Shown piece by piece: positions 12,026 to 24,052 of a DNA stretch of 64,000 nucleotides; positions within the stretch are counted from its first letter, which is position 1, and each line of letters starts with the position of its first letter. The position numbers and the translations under genes were made by a program. Origin of the DNA: Gekko japonicus (lineage: Eukaryota); the NCBI RefSeq assembly GCF_001447785.1, contig NW_015174292.1, positions 777,847 to 841,846 on the forward strand, read 5' to 3'. The notes below the pieces were generated by a model that was not told the origin of the DNA, did no database searches, and saw only the letters and a program-made list of their open reading frames with translations.

Positions 12026-14401
12026 ATCTGTCTCTCTCTCTCTCAGGAACTTCTTAAAAATCTATTATCTCCCCCAAGCTTTGAAATGTTTGAAATGCTG
12101 AATTTATCAAAAGGAGTTTCCAAAACACTTCCCCTATGCTGAACTACATATTTCGTATAATATAGACAAAGCTAAACACTATATGTACATAACATTTTTT
12201 ATAAAACCATTTCAATTATTTTAATAACGTTTCACACAATTTTCCAAGTAGTCAATAGTTGTCTCTTATTCATTTGTCAGTTTTCAAGGAAGCCTGTAAT
12301 ATACACTATGAATATATGAAAGTTGAACTGAAGTTGCAATTAGGGCACTTAGCGCTTGACTGAGTGTGGTTGTGAATGTACATTGAATTGAAGTTATATT
12401 CTAGCACAGATCCTAGATATTTATTAATACGTTTCATTCCTTCATCGGAGTTAAATTGATGAGTCTTTGTAATCTTTTACTTACAGGAGCCAAGCTCTCA
12501 TCTCCTGAATTGTGAAGCATAAGGCTCCTTGGAGTATTCTAAGTGCCTATAAGAATTGGCTCTTCGTATATTTAACTATTTTCAGCCTTTGTTTTGACTA
12601 AGCCCTTTAACTGTGAAGAACACCTCCAGATGCAGACAAACCCATAGCAGGTCACTATAAGAAACAAGGATTGTTTTGTTTATTGTGGAGATTACTTGAT
12701 TGTGAACTATACAGGGCTGTTTGTTTCACAGAGTTTATTACAGGCTTCCTTGAAAACTGATGTTGTTTATGTACTTTTATTTTTGTATTTAGTGATTTGC
12801 TTGTTAAAATAAATGGCATGTTTATGAGAAGGATCATGATACTTATGAAATGGATAAAAGACAACTGTTGAATACTTGGAAATGTGTGAAACTTTATTAA
12901 AATAACTGAAATTGTTTTATTGTTATGTACATACAGTGTTTACCTTTGGATATATTATACAGGTTCTATTCACTGTATTCCCTTTCTACTTCAAACTACA
13001 TATCCCAGCAGCCTCCTCCAGCAATCCCATTGGCCACCAGGTGCTGCCATTCTGCCAGGTGTTTGAAGCACTGTTTCCCATAAGCGCTTATGTGCATGCT
13101 CAAAAGACAAATGATTTTTAAAAATGCTCACCACCCCACTCCATGGCTGCCATGTCTGATCAATCAACCATGGGGTGAAAGCACATTGAAGTGGGGTCTG
13201 ATCAAAACTCTTTGTTACAAAAAAACTGGATCAATTAGAAGTGGAGCCACACCGAATCAAACTGCACGTCTGACCGCAGCCTATGATTGCAATATACTTC
13301 AGGTTCCATATTCTCCATTTTTCATTTCCTGAGCTTGTGAAAGTGAGGAGCGGATAGGGCAGGCTCATCATCCAATCAGAACATTTAGCCCATGTTCATA
13401 TAGCGCTCAACTATCTCTGGTTGGGGTTCCCATGCAGTGATTTTCTCCCATTATATAGGAGATTTACTGGCATGGAAAGGGCTCTCATTCTGTATAAATA
13501 GAAAGGCTGCTTGCCTGAGCCATCCCAGTTATTGGACATGAGCTCAATGGCAAATGCCTCCCTTGTAGCTGACTGCAGTATGACAAAAGGCATAAGTGGC
13601 AGAGGCTTTCCCTTACATCTAATTCTCCTTCCCCTTGCCAGAGACAAAATACATGCCTGGTGTCTAGTGTTATCCACTGCCTGGAGAAAAAATGTCCTGG
13701 CTCTAAGAGAGGTACAATGGGGTGTTATTTACCAGATAATATTATTTACCTCCTTGCCATGAAAAGTTTCACTTGCCTATTTCCATACATTAAGCCTCTA
13801 TTAAAGGGGCAGGATATTTTTTTCCAGGCCTGTTGGCAATTTTGCTTTGGGAAAAGAGGCAAAAGGGTTTGCTTGTATACTTTGTAAGGTGTACCACTGG
13901 GGGGGGGGGACCAAAGAATCAGATGCTGATCTTACTGTGTTTCATTCTCCCCTCACTTGCAATAGGCAGCACACCTGCATTGCAGAACAGAAGCTATTGG
14001 ACTACTTCCTTGTAGCAGTAAACAAAGAAATAATAAAGAAACACACAAAGAAGATCAAATCTCTCTATGTGAGAGAATCTCTTCACACAACTAAAAGCTG
14101 CCCTGAGAGACCTATTCTAGATGAGCCCACCCATTCATGTGAAAAGCAGGGGTGGGAATGGGTGTTTCTTTTTAAACTGAGCATGTGGGCGAAACCTATG
14201 CCTTCCTGCACCTTATCTCCCATTACTCCCTTGTTTAAAGCATATAATTTTATCTAAGCAAGCCTCCAGCTCCACAGTGAATTCTGGGAAATAACTTAAG
14301 TTGGTTATGGGTTGGAAGAATAATGGTGAAAGAATTAACCTAGCATAATGTTCAAGTATGTTCAGGGTTTAGTGCCCTTTGTGGTGTCTGTTTAAAAACA
14401 G

Positions 14402-14753
14402 TTAGGGTTGCTTGCCCTACTTTGTCAAATATGGTAGATTTGGGGCACAGTGCCTAGGGAGGAGGGATTTTATGGGGTTGTCTCATTTCCTCCATACTCC
14501 TCTAGTAATTCTCCTGTCCTTATGGTCTTTACCATAGAGATAGTGGGAATTCATAGGTTGTCACCCAGAAGTGATGTCACTTCCAGGTGATGCTGTAAGA
14601 ATCTGTAAAGACCATAGAGGTTAGGAAAATCTGTAGGACATCATCATCAATGCCGCTTGTCCATTTTCTTCCCACTGCTAAAATTAGAGAGGACTGAGGA
14701 CTGAAGGCAGTAGTGGGAGGTTGCCCACTGCTACCGGGCAAATTGCAACCCTA
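14402..14753. mobile_element. TAGGGTTGC-ended non-autonomous element. Related pieces lie at ~6515-6694, 13675-13840, 25848-26040, 37655-37871, 43425-43567 and 50490-50883
   Basis: Inverted termini tagggttgc ... gcaacccta, with recurring internal motifs across the listed copies. Confidence 0.6.
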
Positions 14754-17524
14754 GGTTTAGAACAGCAGTGACTGCACCATCTTCACTGATTAACTGCCTT
14801 CCTACATCCATTATGTTCTGGAGCTGTAGAAATTTGACTGGGTCAGGACTCAGAGAACACCCTGTTGTTGATTGTCAGTGCTGAGACAACCACTGATTTT
14901 TCATCTCTCTTTTTTGTTCTAGTACATTAAAACTACCCGTGATATAACTTTGCTCTCTTCCCTTTTTATTTTGTACTGTATATTCCAAAACTGAGGAAAG
15001 ATTGGATGCTGAAAATCAATGTATTCATTCTTTCAGATTTAGGGAAGCTTATACGGCTTATTTATTGATGTAAGGAGCCAAAAATATCAGTATTTGGGAG
15101 TCGTCCCCCCTCCAAACCATAAAGTAGTGTCGGATGTCACAGGTGAGCTGAGTATCCTTTTTCTACAAGGACTCAAGGGCTCGCACAAAAATGTCTTCTA
15201 ATGGTACAGAGGTAATTTATGGCTGTCAGACCTCTAAATGGCCATTCCTTCCCCATGGAACAGATCTTGCATGGAGAGATCACTTAGAAGGATTTCTGGG
15301 CCTGCTATTATCCTGCTCTCTACATATGTAGTCTTTCCATCCACACACAGTGCTCAGTCATTTACAGGTCACTAGTATTAATTGAGTATCTAGGCACATT
15401 ACATTTGAATTTACAGAGTTACTTTAATCCATTCTATGATCCAAACATCATATTTGTGAGTAAAGCACAGTGAAAAATACGTTACCCAGTTAGTCAACCC
15501 AATTAGTCAAATCAGGAAAGAAAATATACCACAAATGAGTTGGATGGATCCAATAGTAACACAAATTAAAAATAAACAACAAAACTCATGCTAGATCATT
15601 CCTGTCCTTTCCCCTCTCCCCGTAGCTCCCTGCATGTTGTGGGAAACCCACAAACAAAATGCTCTGTGGAGATGCAATACAAAGGAGTGAAATTGCCCTT
15701 CTTTCCTGGTTAAATGCAAAACATATTTTGCCACATTTCCTCTGCCAGCAGCAGTGGGTGGGAGAGGCAATCCCCCCCCCCCCCCCTTTCCATTCCTCCT
15801 CCTTACTGCAACAATGTGTTTTGGTTGAAAGCATTCCCTGAGCAGAGGATCTGGAGGGGAATGCAGGGGACTGCTGGAGGAAGGTGGAAAAGATGCATCT
15901 CCATCAGGTCTTGCAGCTCATACTTCCAGAATCCAACAGAATATAATTCTAATTTATCTATTTTGGCTTTGCATCAATGGGGGTTTGATTGGCTTTGTCT
16001 AAGGCCAACTTGTTAATCAGTCTGGTCTCTTCCTCCTGTGTTCAGAGATTATTAGTTATGATCTTATACAATATGACAAATATTTTTGTATCTCAACAAC
16101 ACTTTATCTCAACAACACAGTAGAAGAATTTGAAATGATCAGTTTTGATAAATATAGAAGCAAAGTGGTTTTAAGGGTTTGGATGTTAAAGGATTGTTTG
16201 TTCCTCTGAAACCTATAGCAAATATTTAAACTGTTAATTGCTTTCAACCTTCTGTCAAAAATAGGGGAAATCCAGATAATCTCTTACTGAACTTGATGGC
16301 CAACACTATGTGATTGGATACAGCCAGCTTTTCCACTGGTGTAAAAGAAAGGAGAGGGTCATCTTTAACCACCAAAAAGGCTATGCTGGGGTTAATGGGA
16401 AATGCATGGACAAAAGGCATGTGCAACAGCGGTTGTAGTAAAGAGGGGAATTAGGAGAGATTGTACGAAAAAGCTGACTGGATGCAACCCTGTAAATAAT
16501 GGTATTTGCCTTATGCCTCAAGAAAACCACCTCATAAGCTGTGGTTAGTCTGTTCCCCCCTTCCTTCCTGAGAGCCCTTGACTGTAACATCTGGATAGAA
16601 GTGTGAAGTCAATCCTATGTGGGGGTTTTGCTGGCAATATGCAAAAATATTTTCTAACAGTTCAGCTCCCTACACCTGCATAAGAACTGCTAACATGCCC
16701 ATAGACCATTTTGTCATCTTTATTATTTTATTAACCCTATCTGGAGCTACACCTATGGAAACCCTAAGTGCCTGTGTTCTATGCTGGATTTTAAGGTATA
16801 TTTTAAACAACATATTGTACTGTTGAATCTCAGTGGGGCTTTAACATTGCAATAGCCATTCCTACATCACCTTATTCCTATATCTAACCTATATCTTTCT
16901 TTCTTTCTAAAGGAAAAAAGACTGTATTGAAGTAACTTAGCTAGCCTAGAGACATGTGTCTGCTCTGTCATCCTAGGTATAGATCGTCTGTTTATGACAA
17001 AAGAAATCTCTTAAGAGAAATAAACTACTACATATTCCAACCAACCACAGTGAAATAAGTCAGTCGAGCCAAAATCATGTTGCATTTTTTGTGCAACAGA
17101 CTCAGGTTGTGACAGGAGTGCATTTGACTAACTCCATCAGGTAAGAAGGCTGAAAACCTTTCTTTCAGAACTGGCGCAAGAAGGTCATTAGATTACTGAC
17201 ATGTACTGTATGGTAGATTTACATAGACAAATAGTGTAATGCTTAGCAGAATTACACCCTTCTGAATCTATTGAAGTCAATGGTTTTAGAGGGGTGTAAC
17301 TCTTCACTGGATTGTGCTGTTAAGATATCTTGTTTTCTTTAGCCTTTTAGGCATTGTTTGTTTGCATTATTAAGTACTAAAATGGCCTTCTCCTGGCAAC
17401 CCCCAGATTCTCATGTTTCCATGCTTCCTTTTCTTCTTCCTACCCAACTCACCAACCTTTTATCTGCCCCCTTATTTTTAACCATATTTATTATTTATTT
17501 ACTTCATTCATAGACCAAATTTTT

Positions 17525-17820
17525 AGTCCAGTGGCACCTTTAAGACTAACAAAATTTATTTATTTATTTGTTTGTTGTATTTATAACCCGCCCTCCCCAC
17601 AAGCGGGGTATATGCTGGGTATAAGCTTTCATGTGCTTTTTCCTTTCTCCACAGTGGAGACTCAAAGCAACTTACAGCGTTCTTCTCTCATCCATTTTAT
17701 TCTCACAACTACCCCATGAGTAAGTTACACGGAAAATAGTGAGTTTCCATTGGAGAATGGGGATTCAAACCTGAGTCTCCCAGATCCTAGTCTGAAACTG
17801 TAACAACTGTGCAACACTAG
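17525..17820 (-). mobile_element. Penelope end fragment plus a minus-strand Sauria-type SINE
   Basis: gtccagtggcacctttaagactaacaaaatt..ataagctttcatgtgc (this motif recurs at ~34750), followed by a SINE body containing ggggattcaaacctgagtctcccagatcctag. Confidence 0.65.
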
Positions 17821-17824
17821 TTTT

Positions 17825-19000
17825 TGTGGGTTGGCTGCTGGGTGAGCCATGTGTTACCATGTGTGTTTGCAATTGCATTTTGTCTGTACTGTGCTTATGC
17901 TATGTTGGTCAAATGTCTGTGTATCTGTGCATTTGGGACTCAGGGATCACTGCTGTGTGTGTTTGATGCTGTGTGTTTGAATGGCTGGCCTTGCACCTCA
18001 TGCTGCCTATGGATGGGCATGGCTTGAGCTGCCTGCCAGAAGACACATGCCTCCCTGGAATCTCCCAGAGTGCCTCTGGACAAAGGAGACCAGCGCCATT
18101 ATGCACAATGAGAGACTTGGAGAAACAACAAGCTTTTCCACCATTGGCGAACTGTGGGAAAGCACGCAATTCTCCCTGGTATCTGGTTTTGGAATCACAA
18201 AGACAACTTCCTTGATTGCCTATGGACCAGGCACATCTTCTGCAAGTCAAAGGTTGCCAATGGAAACGACAGTTTCACACCTGGCCACATGGCCCCCTTT
18301 GAAGTTAGGGTAGAATCTGCATATTGCCCCCTTCCCCCTCATTAGGACGTCATCACTCTTTGACCTATAGCCTTAGCAAAGAGGACGGACCCTAAGGGTT
18401 TTATGGCCGTAAAGCCAAGCCCAAAACATAGCTTTTAAAAAGAGAAACACAGCCATTGTTTCTCTCTCTCTCTCTCTAGTTAGGGTACCCATCCCCTCCC
18501 CACCTTGCAACTTAAGTACTGCAGGTGATTCTGACTGTGTTCCCTGGAATCCGGACCAGGGAACCCGCACGTGGCTTGGCTGGTCCGGTCCGTGTGTTTT
18601 TAGAGTTCGCCCGCTAGCCCTTAAGCTGCCCCATTCTTCTAAGAGGAGATTTCTTCTCAGCTGGAACCTCAGATAAGTATAAGCGATATCCTGTTGTGTT
18701 ATCCCCCTTGTCTGTTGCTTTTGTTATTTTCCTTGCTGATTGCTTTCTATGAACTATTGTAACTAAGGATCTTGTGAGAATCTGTGTATGCATCTGTTTT
18801 CGTATGCTTGAGAACTGTTTAGTAAAAGGCAACATTTATTCATAAACCTAGCGTGTTGTCTCAATTCCTGGGAATTAGTAGCGTTTCGTTGGCCAATCTG
18901 ACCTCTGTATACATTGGACAAGAACTCACGCCATGCCCACTGTTGTAGATAATTCAGATTGGGCTCCCGGAACCGTCCTTAGAGGAGTTCGGGTCACACA
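17825..19000 (+). mobile_element. Putative solo LTR (~1.2 kb), ERV/Gypsy type
   Basis: It starts tgtggg and ends gggtcacaca. It has a TATA-like ttttaaaa at ~18433, an AGTAAA polyA-like signal at ~18821 and retained CpGs. No TSD was found, so the ends are approximate. Confidence 0.5.
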
Positions 19001-19204
19001 TGCAAGTTGTGTGTTATCAAGTTGCCCAGTGGCTGCTGCCAAGACTGGCCACCTGAGTCCTCCCTTAAAGGCCCTGCCCACTCCACCTGACTTTCACAGT
19101 CGAAAATCAAGCCTGGAAGACTGGCAATGCTTTTGTGGTCACCTAGCAGCAGCCACTGAGGATATTCATTTCTTATACTAGGTGCTGCTTCTATCATTTG
19201 TGGC

Positions 19205-19690
19205 AGCCATGGACCAGCATACCTTCGAGACCACCTCTCCCCATATGGGCCCTGGAGGACTCTGAGGTCCACAAATCAATATCTTTTAGCAGTCCCTAGC
19301 CCCAGGGACATCTGACTAGCCTTGACCAGGGCCAAGGCTTTTTCAGCTCTGGCCCCCACCTGGTGGAATGAGCTCCCATATGAGATCAGGGCCCTGCAGG
19401 ATCTATTACAGTTCCACAGAGCCTGCAAGATGGAGCGCTTCCACCAGGCCTTTGATTGAGGCGGCAGATGTCTTTCTTCCCTCCTGGCTATCTCCCCTCC
19501 AGTGGCCTGGATCCCAATATCGGGTTACAACTGAATTTCAGATAAGGTGATTGACATTGGAACTGTTGCGATATTAGAGATTTATTATTTTAAATTGTCT
19601 TTTAATGGTATTATATTAAGAATTGTTGTAAACCGCCCTGAGTCCGCCCATGGGGAGAGTGGTATATAAATCAAATAAATAAATAAATAA
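19205..19690 (+). mobile_element. L2-type LINE 3' fragment
   Basis: GPAYLRDHLSPY..RAKAFSALAPTWWNELP is the C-terminal ORF2 signature. The 3' end reads gtaaaccgccctgag...(AAAT)n. Confidence 0.85.
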
Positions 19691-20120
19691 TGTTCAGCCC
19701 CCATTTTTTCAAGGATTGCAGATTTTTCTGCAAACCTGGGGCTTTTTCAAGTTTGTAGAAAGATCTGTCTTTCCAGTCCATGGTTCCATTCTCTGGATTT
19801 AAGTATCCCCTTATGGGGCCACCTTGAAAATTAGACAAATTTATGGAAATGTAGTAACTGTCAATTTATTTTTTAAAATACCTCTGGTGGCTGGGGAATG
19901 GTGGCTGGGGAAAGAAAATTGTGGGAGGAAATTGAAGTGTGTAAGCTGCATTGCCCCATGAATGCCTCTGTGCAAAGAAATTTTGCCATCTGAAAGCAGT
20001 GCTACATGACTTTGTCAATCCTTTCTTAAAGATACATATACAACTGGCCATGACTGGATGAGGTAGTAATGAATTCCAAAAGTTATGTGTATGAAGAAGT
20101 ACTTTCTCTTGTGTCTGGAC

Positions 20121-20813
20121 TGGTCTGCACAAACCAAGAAATGAACTGCAGTTCAACCATGAACCAGGCTGGTTTGTGGTTCATTGCAAACCAGTTCATT
20201 TGGTCATGTTCCCAAATCCAAAATCAAACCACCTTTTCTATGGAGGTTTGTTTGGTTTGTTAGAGCAGTTCGTTATCCAAATAGCCTGGTGCCGATTCAA
20301 TCAATTCCTAGGCAATGCTGGGGGTGGACTTGTAGAGAGCCCTAGAAACACCCATAGCAGTCATCCATAGCTTGATTGGCAGCTCTGGGAGCCAACCACA
20401 AGGCTCCCATTCTGTTCTATGGGAGCACACCCTGACTCAGCTGCTTTCACTTTGGAGTAGGAAGAGAGAGGAGTTAGTTGTCATGTGAGATCGAGTTAGG
20501 AAGAAATGCTTGCTGCATGACTGATTTAAAGGGAGGCTAGAGCTGAGCTTTCCTGGGGCACCTACTTTGGGGGGCTATAGCTCATACATCCCAAATCTAA
20601 TCTTCTCCAAACTTGGAGGGCAGGTGGAGGAGAGCCTGTTGAATACCCCCTGTGAGTTTGGCATCTCTAACTTACAAGGGGGCTGTTCTACCACCTCCCA
20701 AACTGAATGAACCACAAACTGGTTCAGGAAATGGTAAAAGTTCATGAAAGTTTGTGGTTCATGTAATCAAACGAACCACGAACCACCACTTTCTCAGTTC
20801 ATGCCCTTCCTTA
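20121..20813 (+). mobile_element. hAT non-autonomous element (TAGGGATGGGCA family), copy A
   Basis: It has subterminal gaacc/ggttc repeats, and the right end reads gttcatgcccttcctta. The 8-bp TSD is GTCTGGAC / GTCTGAAC. It is clearly homologous to 43661-44060 and 45285-45386. Confidence 0.8.
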
Positions 20814-20899
20814 GTCTGAACTTAATTGAAGGGGTATTGTATTGAAAGGGTAAGGTCTCTGATACAAACTGGCAGAAAGTGCAGTAGCTCAACGAACAG

Positions 20900-21830
20900 T
20901 AGTGAACATGCATGAAACTGCATCGATCCAGAAAGGTCAGTACTGTCTCCTCAGACTGACAGTGACTATCCAGGGTCTCAGGCTATCACAATGTTCTAAT
21001 ATCAGAACCCTGTGGGCCCCCAAGTGGGGTGCAAATTCCAATGTCTCTCAGGTTACCCCCTGAGTCTGGACCTCAATTTATGCTGGGGACTCAACGTTAG
21101 TCAGGTAGCGTGCTCGCATATCCTGAGTCCCCTTTGTTTCCAAGGCTAACGGGCTCAGCTTAGGAGAAGCGAGGAGGGCACATAAACAGTCTCTACTGCC
21201 CAGAGATTCATTCAGACTCCCAGCTCATAAAAATACAAAGGTTTATTTGGAGTGAGTACAACAAATAGGGGGAGTTATAAGATAAAATAGACAAAATAGC
21301 CAAAACTAACCCTAACTATCCTAGCTACTATAAACATACGGTTTGTTGTTCCTTTCTCCCTGGAAATCCACCTCCTTCTAGCTTGGCCATTTGCTTCAGG
21401 GTCCGCTCACAACTTGAGCCACGCCTCCCAGGGTTTGTTGCTACTAGCCTGTTCCAACAGTCCTGGAGGCTTCCTCTGGTCCCTCAGCACTGCCAAGGTT
21501 CGCTTGCTTGCAGACACTTGCTGTCTTCTAAGCAGCCCCTGCACCCGGACTATACCTCACGGTGAGCAGTTCAGGAAGATTCTCGCTGTGGCCCCTGGCT
21601 TCTTCAAGGCCACATGCAGCATTCCTGGCATTCGTCAAGTTGTCGAGATTCTGACTAAACTTACAGGCCTTTTATCTGAAATGATTCTGTAAGTCAGTAT
21701 CTCTGGCATGACACAGGCAGAGGTCTTTCACATCACCTACTGCCTGGTCCTTTTAACTGAAGATGTGAGGGATGGAACTTGGGAACATCAGCATGCAAAG
21801 CAGAGGCTCTTCCACTGAGCTACAGACCCT
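20900..21830 (-). mobile_element. tRNA-derived SINE split by a solo LTR
   Basis: The SINE halves rejoin across the CAGGC duplication. The head at 21770-21830 reads gtagctcagtggaagagcctctgctttgcatgc on the minus strand. The same family is present at 60765-60920 (+). Confidence 0.8.
20984..21713 (-). mobile_element. Solo LTR, 730 bp
   Basis: Termini tatca (from tgtca) ... tgaca, with a perfect 5-bp TSD CAGGC at 20979-20983 and 21714-21718 and a minus-strand AATAAA at ~21243-21248. Confidence 0.85.
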
Positions 21831-22409
21831 TATACTGCACCGTTTTCCAAGCTTTCTTCTGAGTGGCAGTTGAACTCAGGAGCAAGGTGGGAAGAGGATG
21901 CAGAATAAGAAAAATGCTTAGCAAAAGAAACTTAAAGGAAGAGGTGATGTCATGTGAGAAAAGACAGAGGAAACAATGCACGGTGAGACTAATCAGAGGA
22001 GGGACTCTGAAGAAACCACAACAGAAGACCTACATGCTATGGAGGCTGAGTGGGGACACGTGAGTGCAAGGAAGCTGAAAAAGTCTGGCTAAAGGAAATG
22101 ATTACTAGGTCTGAAAAAACAAATCCTTGAGAGGACAATCTGCCAGTTATCACTGCAGCAATGTGTCCTGGCAAGCCTAATGGGTCAACAAGAACCAAAA
22201 AGGAGTACACAATGATTTGTGTGCATTTCACATATCAATTTTAGGTTAGCAGCCAGTTCTTTGACTCACAGCATCTGGTCAATTTTATTTGGTGACACTG
22301 AGTTTTAATGAATATCCATCTACATTCTGTTCCATTTGTAATTTTACAACCCCCTTTCATGTCTCCCTTCTCTGTCCCTCTAGCGATTAAACCACTGAGA
22401 TTAATGGAT

Positions 22410-22625
22410 TTTTATTTCATTTCTCGATTTTGCCTGATATTTAGTAGGTTCTTCAAATTCATTGCTTTGAAAGGGGATGCCTGCACCTGCAGTGAAGGTC
22501 TGAAGCTTGGAGGCTAAGCCCACCTTTATAGTGCTCTCATGGCTCTTCCTGATTGGCTGGCACCCCAAGGGAGGAGTACCAATGAAAAGTGACAAACTGT
22601 CCAGTGAAAACACACCTTGATTGGT
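22410..22625 (-). promoter_or_regulatory. CCAAT x3 + TATA + AATAAA cassette (LTR-like promoter remnant)
   Basis: Minus strand: ACCAATCA (22618-22625), AGCCAATCAG (22549-22558), CTATAAAG (22524-22531) and AATAAA (22411-22416). There is also a plus-strand CCAAT at 22579-22583. Confidence 0.4.
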
Positions 22626-23405
22626 AAAAATCAACAGAATTCACAGTGAGATGAGCATTATCATCTGGTATTGTTTGCAGATATGTTCCTTTCAAAGACA
22701 CTGAAGTGGTAGCTGATGAAAATGGGATACATTCAAACACATAATTTATAAGTAAAGGGAATATGGATATGTTTTTGTGATAGCAGAGATTTCTTTCAAC
22801 CTAATTCATTTCCAAAGTTGTCTGAAAGAAAATACATTTTTCAGACCTGCACCTTTAGCAAAGGGGATGGGGAGCAATATTCTAGCAGAGGTCACAGTAG
22901 CATCATAAAGTATACTAGGCAAAGAAAGTCCTATAGTTATTTGTCTTTTGTAGTAATTAAATCCAAAACCAACAGTATAAATCTCAAATGCTCACAGCAT
23001 ATGTGTACTGGTTCTAATTACAAGATCCTCCGTGGCTTTTGTTCCAAAATTGCCTCTGGTTTTTAACATCTGTCTTTGTCTGTATCAATAGTTCTCAAAC
23101 TGAAGAACATATTTTTAACTAACATGGGCAAGATCTGCCCAGGGGAGGAGCACAATTTTTTTTGAAAACAGAATGAGTTCCTCTTTAGAAAGCTACTTCA
23201 GGCAGCTTAAGCTTGGTCAATCTGAAGAGAGAATGGGTCAAATGTCTTTTCTGCTACCTTAAGAGGGTGACCACAGGAAACATTTTTAGCAGCAGATTTC
23301 TCTTTTAGTAGCTTTGAATGGCCAAGCCAATCCTGGAAAATAAACAGGAGACTGTAAAAGTCTGGAAAAGTATGGGTGGTGCTGGTCTAAAATGCTGGTT
23401 ATGAG

Positions 23406-24052
23406 CATACGTACCCAAACATTTTGAGCCCATGGGGGCTTTTGGGATTCTGACATAGCATGGTGGGCCTAGCCACAAAATGGCTGCCACCGCTTACCTT
23501 CAGTCACGTAGTGAAGATCTATGTGTTGCCATGGCTACCAAAACAGTTTTTAAAAGCCTGCACAGGCAATCAAATCTCCAATAGCTACTCAGGAGCCTTA
23601 GAATCATGGAGTTGGAAGGGACCTCCAGGGTCATCTAGTCCAACCCCTCGCACAATGCAGGAAATTCACAACTACCTCCCCCACACACATGCCCAGTGAC
23701 CCCTGCTTCAGGCCCAGAAGAATGCAAAAAAACTCCAGGATCCCTGGCCAAACTGGCCTGGAGAAAAATTGCTTCCTGTCCCCTAAATGGCGATCAGCAT
23801 TTTCCTGGGCATGTAAGAAAGGGCCATGAGAACTAAGCACTGATGCAGCCTTTCCTGTCCTCCCTTCTCGTGATCTGCCTAAGTTCACAGAATCTGCATT
23901 GCTGTCATATGTCCATCTAGCCTCTGCTGAATAAAAGCCCCACCAGGCCCAACCCAGTTTCTAAAAACACTTTCTAAAAACCCACTTTCTAAAATCAAAC
24001 CACTCCGTTTTTAAAAAAATTACGCCCACAGGCACCACGCTTGGGAGCTCTG
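23406..24052. mobile_element. Decayed hAT-like MITE carrying a nested CR1 3' end
   Basis: Degenerate inverted ends gtacccaaac.. / ..ttgggagctctg, with caaaatggctgcc motifs. No TSD is readable. Confidence 0.5.
23599..23928 (-). mobile_element. CR1 3' end
   Basis: tagaatcatggagttggaagggacctccagggtcatctagtccaacccc is the reverse complement of the CR1 3' terminus. It is homologous to 43120-43415 and 53055-53322. Confidence 0.88.

Noticed and set aside
16089-16118. Short local duplications (tatctcaacaacac x2; also ~9090-9124 and ~47361-47405)
   Set aside because: Ordinary slippage-type duplications with no further structure.
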